Shown here in pieces: positions 1-7,882 of a DNA stretch of 64,000 nt (positions are counted from its first letter, which is position 1; each line of letters starts with the position of its first letter). The stretch is from Bacillota bacterium (GTDB lineage: Bacteria > Bacillota_I > Bacilli_A > ML615J-28 > CAG-313). The stretch covers positions 14,582 through 78,581 of the forward strand of contig CAVJDT010000003.1 of assembly GCA_963648435.1 (NCBI GenBank), written 5' to 3'. The position numbers were made by a program, and so were the translations under genes. A model generated the notes under the pieces. The model was given only the letters and a program-made list of their open reading frames with translations, was not told where the DNA came from and searched no databases.

Positions 1-920
1 TTGCTATTTTAGGTAATGGTCAAACCAAATCAACTATAACGGTTGCGCTTAAAGAATTAAAGATCAACCAATATGAAATTTTCGCAAGACACCCAAAAAG
101 TGATGAAAAGTTAATTTTTGCCATCTATGATTATGACCCTGATGTCATTATCAATACCACTAGTTATAATGTTTTTCCAAATCTTGAATTAGAACCGCTC
201 GTTGATATGGATAATCTTCAAAGAGTAAGACTAATCATTGATATTAATTATAATCCTTCTCGTTCAGTTTTAGGCCTTAATCCTAATATTAAATACTATA
301 ATGGTCTTTTTATGCTAGTTGCCCAAGCTGAAGAAACCGAGGCAATAATTGATGCCTTTTATAAACGAAAACGAAATTCTACAACTTATGCACACATCAT
401 TGAAAAGGTCCTTGCAAACCAAAAAAACATCATTCTCGTTGGCATGCCTTATGCGGGGAAAACCACCGTGGGAAAAATACTTGCAAAAATTATCAACCGT
501 CCTCATTATGATACCGATGAAATTTTAACAAAGCAAAATAAAAGCCTACCAGATATTTTAAAAAAGGGAGGCAGTGAAGAAACCTTTCGAATTTATGAAG
601 CAGATTTAATTAAAAAACTTTCAACTTGTACAGGTTCTGTAATTTCAACAGGAGCAGGTGCAATAAATAATTCTAAAAGTATGACATTTCTCTTTCAAAA
701 TGGTATAATAATATATCTAGATCCCCCACTTGAAGTTTTAAAATCACGCATCGATGACACGAGACCTTTAGTTAAAGATGCTAGTGACATTGACAAACTT
801 TATAAAGCAAGAAATGACAACTACATAAAATTCGCAGATGTTATCATAAAAACAAGTGATATCAATGAAATTATTAAAGCAATAAAGGAATGCATTAAAT
901 ATGAAGCTTCTAATTATTAA
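1..920 (+). CDS. bifunctional shikimate 5-dehydrogenase / shikimate kinase (AroE-AroK fusion); 5' end lies outside the window
   Basis: Frame 3 has no stop from nt 3 to 920. The part before the track's Met207 (ILGNGQTKS..DVIINTTSY..LIIDINYNP..GLFMLVAQAEE) looks like the AroE C-terminal NAD-binding half. It runs without a stop into the shikimate-kinase P-loop GMPYAGKTTVG and a DTDE motif. The track ORF 207..920 is only the first in-frame Met. Confidence 0.7.
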   Translation, partial: AILGNGQTKSTITVALKELKINQYEIFARHPKSDEKLIFAIYDYDPDVIINTTSYNVFPNLELEPLVDMDNLQRVRLIIDINYNPSRSVLGLNPNIKYYNGLFMLVAQAEETEAIIDAFYKRKRNSTTYAHIIEKVLANQKNIILVGMPYAGKTTVGKILAKIINRPHYDTDEILTKQNKSLPDILKKGGSEETFRIYEADLIKKLSTCTGSVISTGAGAINNSKSMTFLFQNGIIIYLDPPLEVLKSRIDDTRPLVKDASDIDKLYKARNDNYIKFADVIIKTSDINEIIKAIKECIKYEASNY

Positions 921-1359
921 TGGTCCTAACTTAAATATGTTAGGAATTAGAGAACCCGAAATTTATGGGACTAAAAGTTACTATGAATTAACTCAAGAAC
1001 TAAAATTATATGCAAATGAATTTCACATTCAATTAATTATTAAACAAACTAACTATGAAGGTAAAATTATTGATTTAATCCATCATGCTTACTTTAAAAG
1101 ATTTGATGGAATCATCATCAATCCCGGAGCCTTAACTCATTACTCCTATGCCATTCATGATGCTATTTCAAGTGTAACGATTCCCGTTATTGAAGTGCAT
1201 CTTTCCGATTTAACAACTCGCGAATCATTCCGTCAAAAATCAGTCATTAGTGATGTTTGCATCAAAACAATTATGGGCAAATCCTATGAAGGATATTTTG
1301 AAGCCATTGACTATTTCATGAAAGGAGAACAACCAAATGTCAAATCATCCCTTAATTGA
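901..1359 (+). CDS. aroQ: 3-dehydroquinate dehydratase, type II
   Basis: MKLLIINGPNLNMLGIREPEIYG..IEVHLSD, ~150 aa; overlaps the upstream gene by 20 nt (operon). Confidence 0.9.
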   Translation: MKLLIINGPNLNMLGIREPEIYGTKSYYELTQELKLYANEFHIQLIIKQTNYEGKIIDLIHHAYFKRFDGIIINPGALTHYSYAIHDAISSVTIPVIEVHLSDLTTRESFRQKSVISDVCIKTIMGKSYEGYFEAIDYFMKGEQPNVKSSLN

Positions 1360-2128
1360 TCAATTAGACTCCCATGTTTTAGCATCATTAGGCTTAATGA
1401 AAAATGAAAAATTAGTGATTGCTGGGCCATGTGCTGTAGAAAGTTATGAACAAATGCAAAAAATTGCCAAAGAACTAATTAAAAATAACATTAAATTTTT
1501 AAGGGCTGGAGCTTTCAAGCCTAGAACTTCTGCTTATGATTTTCAAGGTTTAGAACTTGAAGGTCTAAACATTCTTAAAAGAATTAAAAATGAATATAAT
1601 CTAAAAATTGTAAGTGAAATTCCTGCACCAGAATATCTTCAAGCCTTCATTGAGGTAGTTGATATTATTCAAGTGGGTGCCCGTAATATGCAAAACTTTT
1701 ATTTACTTAAGGCTTTAAGTAAAAGTAATAAACCCATTTTATTAAAACGAGGTTTCGCCAACACCTTAGAAGAATGGTTATGTGCAGCTGAATACTTGCT
1801 AATTGGTGGCAATAATCAAGTTATTCTTTGTGAACGAGGAATTAGGACATTTGAAACAAATACGCGAAATACCCTTGATTTAGGAAGTGTCGTTACCATT
1901 AAACAAAATTACCATCTTCCGGTTATTGTTGATCCCTCACATGCTTGTGGTAATAATCAATTAATCCTTCCGCTTGCCCTTGCAAGTTTGGTTGCGGGGG
2001 GGGATGGCTTAATAGTAGAAATTCACCCTAACCCTAAAGCCTCTCTTAGTGATAGCGCCCAAGCCTTATCTTTTGATGAGTTTGATGACCTCGTTAAAGC
2101 AATCAACAAATTAAATAAATTTTTATAG
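1337..2128 (+). CDS. 3-deoxy-7-phosphoheptulonate (DAHP) synthase, class I-beta (KDO8PS-like); no fused chorismate-mutase domain
   Basis: VIAGPCAVES..FLRAGAFKPRTSAYDFQGLELEGL..DPSHA motifs; overlaps aroQ by 23 nt. Confidence 0.85.
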   Translation: MSNHPLIDQLDSHVLASLGLMKNEKLVIAGPCAVESYEQMQKIAKELIKNNIKFLRAGAFKPRTSAYDFQGLELEGLNILKRIKNEYNLKIVSEIPAPEYLQAFIEVVDIIQVGARNMQNFYLLKALSKSNKPILLKRGFANTLEEWLCAAEYLLIGGNNQVILCERGIRTFETNTRNTLDLGSVVTIKQNYHLPVIVDPSHACGNNQLILPLALASLVAGGDGLIVEIHPNPKASLSDSAQALSFDEFDDLVKAINKLNKFL

Positions 2129-2130
2129 TT

Positions 2131-2160
2131 AAAAAGTTAGAGCGATAACTCTAACTTTTT
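2131..2160. terminator. bidirectional rho-independent terminator between the aro operon and the convergent pilus operon
   Basis: AAAAGTTAGAG-cgat-AACTCTAACTTTTTTT: 8-bp stem flanked by an A-run and a T-run. Confidence 0.7.
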
Positions 2161-2724
2161 TTATAAATTAACCGTAACGCTTACCCCATCATTACTAGTA
2201 TATGTAAAACCATTAATCCATAATTTATCATATGCCCCTGTCGCCGCATTCTTAACTCTACAATGAAGTATGACAACTCCTTTTGAAGATTTATAAGTTA
2301 TGTCATTTTCAATAATTTCAGCACATGTCGTAAATTTAACTGGTTGGTATTCGAAAGTACCATTTTCAAAACCTGAAACTGCGTTAAATGCATCTGCGAG
2401 AAACCTTCGGCAGAAAAGATCATAATTAATATCATCATCTTCATGCCCTGAAATGCTTGGAGTAGTAGCCATAACTGGATAAGATAGAAAGAAATAATCA
2501 CCATTATCCGAAATTAAAATTATATCATTTATCTCATTGATACGTTTACATAAACTATATTGAAGCAAGGTTACATCATCTATTTTACTTGCCTGTTTTA
2601 CTTTTTCGCTTAAACCTTTAAAACTTTTAAAACTAATAAGCGAAATAGATGAAATTACCAAAATTACAAGCAAACATTCAATTACACTAAAACCTTTTTC
2701 ATTTTGTCTATTTAACATTTCCAA
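2161..2724 (-). CDS. type IV pilin-like protein (minor pseudopilin); last gene of the pilus operon
   Basis: N-terminus NEKGFSVIECLLVILVISSISLI: class III prepilin signal (G|FxxxE) followed by a hydrophobic helix. Confidence 0.55.
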   Translation of the reverse strand: MEMLNRQNEKGFSVIECLLVILVISSISLISFKSFKGLSEKVKQASKIDDVTLLQYSLCKRINEINDIILISDNGDYFFLSYPVMATTPSISGHEDDDINYDLFCRRFLADAFNAVSGFENGTFEYQPVKFTTCAEIIENDITYKSSKGVVILHCRVKNAATGAYDKLWINGFTYTSNDGVSVTVNL

Positions 2725-3096
2725 CTACTTACTATAAGCATATTTGGCCGATTTACCATTATTGGAATAAGTTATTTCTTTATCATCGATTGTAAGAGTA
2801 GATGTAGCTGGTAATAAATTTCCTGATAATGTTTCAAATGCCTTTTTAACATCCTTTAAACCTTTAATATCCGTATAACTTACAATTGTAGTTCCATCAA
2901 CTTGTGAATTTTCCATAATTGCAACTTCAAATGTTTTTATAATTTCAGTTAATTGTTCTTCAACAACTACTTGTTTACTTTTATCAACATACTTTGTGTA
3001 ATTAGTAACTAATAAAGTTCCAAGTACCCCCATAATTGTAATAACAACTAATAATTCAACTAACGTAAAACCTTTTTCTTTCTTATTTGTAAACAT
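2725..3096 (-). CDS. type IV major pilin / ComGC-like pseudopilin
   Basis: Canonical KGFTLVELLVVITIMGVLG prepilin N-terminus. The start was moved to the internal Met (MFTNKKEKGF) because the track ORF extends into pilB. Confidence 0.75.
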   Translation of the reverse strand: MFTNKKEKGFTLVELLVVITIMGVLGTLLVTNYTKYVDKSKQVVVEEQLTEIIKTFEVAIMENSQVDGTTIVSYTDIKGLKDVKKAFETLSGNLLPATSTLTIDDKEITYSNNGKSAKYAYSK

Positions 3097-3109
3097 TTTA
3101 TATCCCTCC

Positions 3110-4588
3110 CTAAATTTCTTCGATTGAAGTGATTCCCTCAATCACTGCTTTTTTATGTTTTTCACTTAAAAGAATCATTTTATTTTTCTTAGCATATTGT
3201 TCTATTTTCTTTTCACTTGTTTCAGATAAAATCATTTCTTTAATTTTATCATCAACTTCTAAAACTTCACTAAGTAAAAGTCGACCCTTGTATCCAGTAT
3301 TGAAACAATATTGACACCCCCTTTTCTTGTATAATTTTACATCATCGTTTATTTCAAGCTTTTGCCTAATATCGAAAGTTAGTTTTCTTTCTTCCTTACA
3401 TTTTGGACAAAGTACTTCAACTAAACGTTGACATATAACCACCCTTAAAGCACTACTAACTAAATATTTGGGAATCCCCATATCTAATAACCTTGTAATT
3501 GCCCCAATACTTGATGTTGTATGAAGTGTTGAAATTACTAAATGACCACTAAGAGCCGCTCTCATCGCAATTGAGGCGGTTTCTTCGTCTCTAATTTCAC
3601 CAATCATAATAACATTAGGGTCTTGACGTAAAATACTCCGTAATGCACTCGCAAAGGTTAAACCTGCTTGTTGATTAACCTGAATTTGGTTAATACCATC
3701 AATGGTATATTCAACCGGATCTTCAATTGTCACAATATTACTATCTTGCTTGTTTAATTCATTTAAAAAAGTATACATAGTCGTTGTTTTTCCACATCCA
3801 GTTGGACCCGTAACAAGAATCATTCCTGACTTTTCACTTAATAATGATTTAATGATTTTTTCCTCATTATTTGTATAATTTAAATTATTAAAATTAGCAT
3901 ATAATCGCATTTTATCTAAGACTCTAATAACAATTTTTTCACCTAAAACTGTAGGAACTGCACTAACCCGGAGGTCATAATCTTTATCTTTGATTTGATA
4001 TTTTAGTTTACCATCTTGTGGTAACATCTTTTTAGTAATATCAAGAGATGCCATAATCTTGATTCTTGCTAAAACTTCTTCATATAAATCTTTTCTAATT
4101 TTATCCATCTCGGTTAATTTGCCATCAAGTCTAATTCTAATAACTGATTCACCAGCATGAGGTTCAATATGGATGTCACTAGCCCCAAGTACTATGGCTT
4201 TTTCAATCCAAATATTAACCATTTGAACCACCGGGGAAGTATCGATTTCTTGATATTCAATTTTAGGTTCTTCATTTAATACTTTGGGTTCTAATTTTTC
4301 ACTATATTTTGAATAATTATAACGTTCTTTTCCCATTAGTTTTAAAAGTTCATATTTTTTAACCCATTCATCTTTACTTAATAAATAAACATGAAATTCA
4401 CTTGTCGATGTGACAAACAATTCACTACATGTATAATAAGCAAATTCCTCATAAATTAAAGCAATCAACTGAAAACAATCTTCATATATTAAACAACCAT
4501 GTTCATACATCCAATCTAATGATACTTCATTCCAAATTTTATCTAAATTTAAGTGATAATTATAGGGAATTAGTTTTCCATTATTCAT
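3110..4588 (-). CDS. pilB: type IV pilus assembly ATPase (PilB/GspE family) with a ~120-aa N-terminal extension
   Basis: Walker A VTGPTGCGKTT; the Asp and His boxes are present. A C-terminal tetracysteine motif is present (CPKC..CQYC). At 492 aa it is longer than ComGA. Confidence 0.9.
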   Translation of the reverse strand: MNNGKLIPYNYHLNLDKIWNEVSLDWMYEHGCLIYEDCFQLIALIYEEFAYYTCSELFVTSTSEFHVYLLSKDEWVKKYELLKLMGKERYNYSKYSEKLEPKVLNEEPKIEYQEIDTSPVVQMVNIWIEKAIVLGASDIHIEPHAGESVIRIRLDGKLTEMDKIRKDLYEEVLARIKIMASLDITKKMLPQDGKLKYQIKDKDYDLRVSAVPTVLGEKIVIRVLDKMRLYANFNNLNYTNNEEKIIKSLLSEKSGMILVTGPTGCGKTTTMYTFLNELNKQDSNIVTIEDPVEYTIDGINQIQVNQQAGLTFASALRSILRQDPNVIMIGEIRDEETASIAMRAALSGHLVISTLHTTSSIGAITRLLDMGIPKYLVSSALRVVICQRLVEVLCPKCKEERKLTFDIRQKLEINDDVKLYKKRGCQYCFNTGYKGRLLLSEVLEVDDKIKEMILSETSEKKIEQYAKKNKMILLSEKHKKAVIEGITSIEEI

Positions 4589-4589
4589 T

Positions 4590-5816
4590 TTACACCTCCA
4601 TCATTTCATTCATAATTTTAAATAAAGGTAAGAATACTGCGATAACAACTAATGTCACAATTAAAGCCATTAAAACAATAATCGCAGGTTCAATAATTTT
4701 AGTTAATTTTGAGGTTTTATTATCAGCTTCATTATCATAATAATCAGCCGTACTTTTTAAAACATTATCTAAATTATTTGATTCTTCCCCAATTTTAATC
4801 ATTTCAATCATCATAATTGGAAAATATCCAACTATACTTAACGCACTAGATAAATTTTGACCTTGATATACCCTTGTATTTACAATTTCTAGTTTTTTTC
4901 TTAAATATTTATTATCAATTAAACTTATAGTTTTAGATAAGGCCGTAAATAATGGAATTCCACTACCATACATCATGGCAAGTGATCTTGTGAAATTAGA
5001 AGTAATTAACCACTTCTGAATTTTACCATAAATTAAGCTCTTCGTCTTTAAATAATCTATTGTATAATTCCCCTTAGCCCGGCTAATCATTTTAATAATT
5101 AAATATCCAAATAAAATTCCAAGGAGCACAAATATAGCATTTTTTTGAAAAAAACTAGATACTTTAAAAATGATTATTGTTATTTTAGGCATTTCTTTCA
5201 AATTTAAATTAACAAAAATTTCCTTAAATTTTGGTATTATAAAAAAGAACAAAACCCCAATAATTAATATCGTTATTCCAAGTAGTAGACAAGGATAAAT
5301 TAATGCACTTTTTACTTTTTGTTTTAACAAATGGTCTTTATAATAATAATTCTTTAAATACACTAACACATCAATTAATTTATTTGCCTCTTCTCCTGTT
5401 TTAATCATCATAATAAAAAGACTAGGAAAATACTGTTTAAAGGATTCTAAACTTGATGAAAACGACATTCCTGCTTGAAGGTTTCGAATTATTTTTTTGA
5501 TTATATTATTAAGCAAATAATGATGATAATTTTCATTAAAAGCTTTTAGTGCATTAACTAAAGATACTCCGGACTTTAACATAACCACTAAGTTTTCACA
5601 AAAATTAGAAATCACAATGCTTTTAATTTTAGTATTCATTAAATTTGTGTAATTTCTTACCTTCTTGCATCTAATAAGTTTAAGGTTTGAACTTGCTAAA
5701 AAGTCTTTAAGTTCTTCTTTACTACTCGCATATCCACTATTTTTAATTTTTTGATGTTGGGCATTTAAGACAACATAATTATATTTATTATCCATGCTTT
5801 CCTCTCCATTCTTCAA
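4590..5816 (-). CDS. pilC: type IV pilus inner-membrane platform protein (PilC/GspF family)
   Basis: Two GspF repeats and three TM segments; GSGIPLFTAL.. motif; abuts pilB with a 1-nt gap. Confidence 0.85.
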   Translation of the reverse strand: MKNGEESMDNKYNYVVLNAQHQKIKNSGYASSKEELKDFLASSNLKLIRCKKVRNYTNLMNTKIKSIVISNFCENLVVMLKSGVSLVNALKAFNENYHHYLLNNIIKKIIRNLQAGMSFSSSLESFKQYFPSLFIMMIKTGEEANKLIDVLVYLKNYYYKDHLLKQKVKSALIYPCLLLGITILIIGVLFFFIIPKFKEIFVNLNLKEMPKITIIIFKVSSFFQKNAIFVLLGILFGYLIIKMISRAKGNYTIDYLKTKSLIYGKIQKWLITSNFTRSLAMMYGSGIPLFTALSKTISLIDNKYLRKKLEIVNTRVYQGQNLSSALSIVGYFPIMMIEMIKIGEESNNLDNVLKSTADYYDNEADNKTSKLTKIIEPAIIVLMALIVTLVVIAVFLPLFKIMNEMMEV

Positions 5817-6195
5817 TTACAATTTTATCATCAACTACCGAACAATAAATCAGCAAACCATATCCCCGCTTGTACAAGACAGCTTGATTTAAAAGAATAC
5901 TAATACAATATTTATTTGAATTCTTATCAATAAGATTGCACCCGCCTCCAATATACGCATTAGCATTAAAAAAATATTCATGATAGGTACTTCGTTTCGG
6001 CTTTTTATCGTTTAGTTCTTCTAGCAATCTATGGCCAATATTTTCTATTAATGATCGGCAATAACAATCACTAAAATAAGCATTATCTAAATATTGAACA
6101 CTAACATTGCGAATGATTATCGTTGTAAGACTTGCTAGAATAACAATCATTAATAAAAGATTATAATAAGCTAAAAATCCTTTTTCTTTAGACAT
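5788..6195 (-). CDS. pilin-like protein (atypical: no Glu at +5)
   Basis: MSKEKGFLAYYNLLLMIVILASL: KG|F followed by a hydrophobic helix, but position +5 is Tyr. Overlaps neighbours on both sides. Confidence 0.5.
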   Translation of the reverse strand: MSKEKGFLAYYNLLLMIVILASLTTIIIRNVSVQYLDNAYFSDCYCRSLIENIGHRLLEELNDKKPKRSTYHEYFFNANAYIGGGCNLIDKNSNKYCISILLNQAVLYKRGYGLLIYCSVVDDKIVIEEWRGKHG

Positions 6196-6592
6196 AATGC
6201 CACCTCATTAATTCCAAATCTCGAAAATAGCGTAGTGATAAGTTTTTAAGCTTTTCTGGAAATTCAATTTTCAAAAGATATCGATGAATATTTTTTTCAA
6301 TTTCTTCACTATATGTAAGTTTAATTGCATATTCTTTGTTATCATAAGTCAAAATAACCTGATTATCTTGATAATTAAACATTTTCTTAATGTCATCTTC
6401 AAAATTATTCTTAGAATTATAAAATATTTCTGTTATTTTGACATAATTAATTGTCATATACTGTTGAATAGTATATTCCGTAATAGTTTGTTTACCCGCA
6501 AGGGATAAATACGTAATTCCAATAATTAAACTTAAAATTAACAACATCGACCAAGATGCTTCAATAATTGTAAATCCATTTTCCTTTTTCAT
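6188..6592 (-). CDS. type IV pilin-like protein (minor pilin)
   Basis: KENGFTIIEASWSMLLILSLIIG; the start was placed at the internal Met (MKKENGF) directly downstream of the previous stop. Confidence 0.6.
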   Translation of the reverse strand: MKKENGFTIIEASWSMLLILSLIIGITYLSLAGKQTITEYTIQQYMTINYVKITEIFYNSKNNFEDDIKKMFNYQDNQVILTYDNKEYAIKLTYSEEIEKNIHRYLLKIEFPEKLKNLSLRYFRDLELMRWHYV

Positions 6593-6593
6593 C

Positions 6594-7262
6594 TTATACC
6601 ACACTAGCCACACGACTATGGTGTAAACCATCAATCTTTAAAGATTTTTTATCAGAAAGCACCAATATTTTAGAAATAGTATAATCATTTTTATCAAGCA
6701 ATTGCATAATCTTAGTATCTACTTTATCATCATCAATAGTAATTATTTGTTTTAATCCAACTTCATCATAAAGCATTCCCACTAACATTTCATCTAAATA
6801 GATAAAAACTAAGTCATGACATTCATCTTTATATTTTTGTTCAATATATAAAGATAATAACATTCCTTGTTTTAATTTTTGATTAAACATTTTAAAAAAT
6901 TCTTTTACTTCCATATATTGTAATTTATTTAAACACCATATTTTTAAATAATTCCACTTTTTTTGCTTTACTTCTTTTTTAATTGTCACAATTTTGTCAA
7001 CATTGTAATTAAACTTTAATAAAATTTCATTTTTAATATTATTTTTCTTATTACTTTCACTCCTGATATAAGCTTGATTATAGAAGTGAAATAACCAAAT
7101 TATCTTGGTTTTATTTTGATAATAAATTAATAAATTACGCATAACCTCATCATATAATGAAATTAAATCATCATTTTCCAAACAACATTGATTATTTTGA
7201 CTAATTATCCTAACTTCCCACTTTACTCTATTTCTAATAACCACAACATAAACTTCACTCAT
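6594..7262 (-). CDS. hypothetical soluble protein encoded within the pilus operon
   Basis: 222-aa ORF tightly packed between pilin genes (8-nt overlap upstream). No motif I recognise and no TM segment. Confidence 0.4.
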   Translation of the reverse strand: MSEVYVVVIRNRVKWEVRIISQNNQCCLENDDLISLYDEVMRNLLIYYQNKTKIIWLFHFYNQAYIRSESNKKNNIKNEILLKFNYNVDKIVTIKKEVKQKKWNYLKIWCLNKLQYMEVKEFFKMFNQKLKQGMLLSLYIEQKYKDECHDLVFIYLDEMLVGMLYDEVGLKQIITIDDDKVDTKIMQLLDKNDYTISKILVLSDKKSLKIDGLHHSRVASVV

Positions 7263-7677
7263 ATATCCACCTCACAAATAAATTATCTTGACCATTAATC
7301 CCATCAAACATTAATACTAAATAATTATTTTCAATTTTACATGAAAAATTATAAATTAATTTAAATTCATATTCCGCACCAAAGTAATTTTCACAAATTG
7401 CATTATTTTTCACCCACAAAGCTAACTTATCATCAACATATACTTCATATTGTTCATTTCCATATTTAAGAACTTTATTGTCGGTTTTTATATTATCGAC
7501 AGTCATTAATAAATGATAGGCTTTTATCAGTTCATTATAATAAGCCCGATCTTTTTCATATTTACCATCATAAGTATTATAAAGGCTTATAACCTTAATC
7601 ACCATCGTGCTAGCTAAACTAATCATTAAGATTGCTAGTATGACCTCTAAAATAGTGATTCCTTTTTCTTTTTTCAT
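7255..7677 (-). CDS. type IV pilin-like protein; first gene of the pilus operon
   Basis: MKKEKGITILEVILAILMISLAS: prepilin signal G|ITILE. RBS GGTGATG lies 4 nt upstream of the ATG. Confidence 0.6.
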   Translation of the reverse strand: MKKEKGITILEVILAILMISLASTMVIKVISLYNTYDGKYEKDRAYYNELIKAYHLLMTVDNIKTDNKVLKYGNEQYEVYVDDKLALWVKNNAICENYFGAEYEFKLIYNFSCKIENNYLVLMFDGINGQDNLFVRWIYE

Positions 7678-7726
7678 TTAACATCACCAACCTTATATTA
7701 CGTTAATATTTTAATTTTTCCATTTT

Positions 7727-7873
7727 AAAAAACGTATTTCCGTTAGGAAAAAACGTATTTCCGTTAGGAAAAAACGTATTTCCGTTAGGAAAAAACGTAT
7801 TTCCGTTAGGAAAAAACGTATTTCCGTTAGGAAAAAACGTATTTCCGTTAGGAAAAAACGTATTTCCGTTAGG
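7727..7873. repeat. seven perfect tandem copies of a 21-bp unit, AAAAAACGTATTTCCGTTAGG
   Basis: Read directly from the sequence. Each unit contains AACG-N6-CGTT partial dyad symmetry. The array lies between the regulator gene stop and the pilus operon start, about 49 nt from the ATG at 7677. Confidence 0.95.
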
Positions 7874-7882
7874 AAATACGTT
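7853..7882 (-). terminator. rho-independent terminator of the LuxR-type gene, built from the last repeat unit
   Basis: Minus strand reads AACGTATTTCC-taac-GGAAATACGTT followed by TTTTTT (11-bp perfect stem). The 3' arm plus T-tract is the repeat unit itself. Confidence 0.7.

Noticed and set aside
7727-7873. CRISPR array?
   Set aside because: The repeats are contiguous with no spacers, the unit is only 21 bp, and there are no cas genes. It is a plain tandem repeat.
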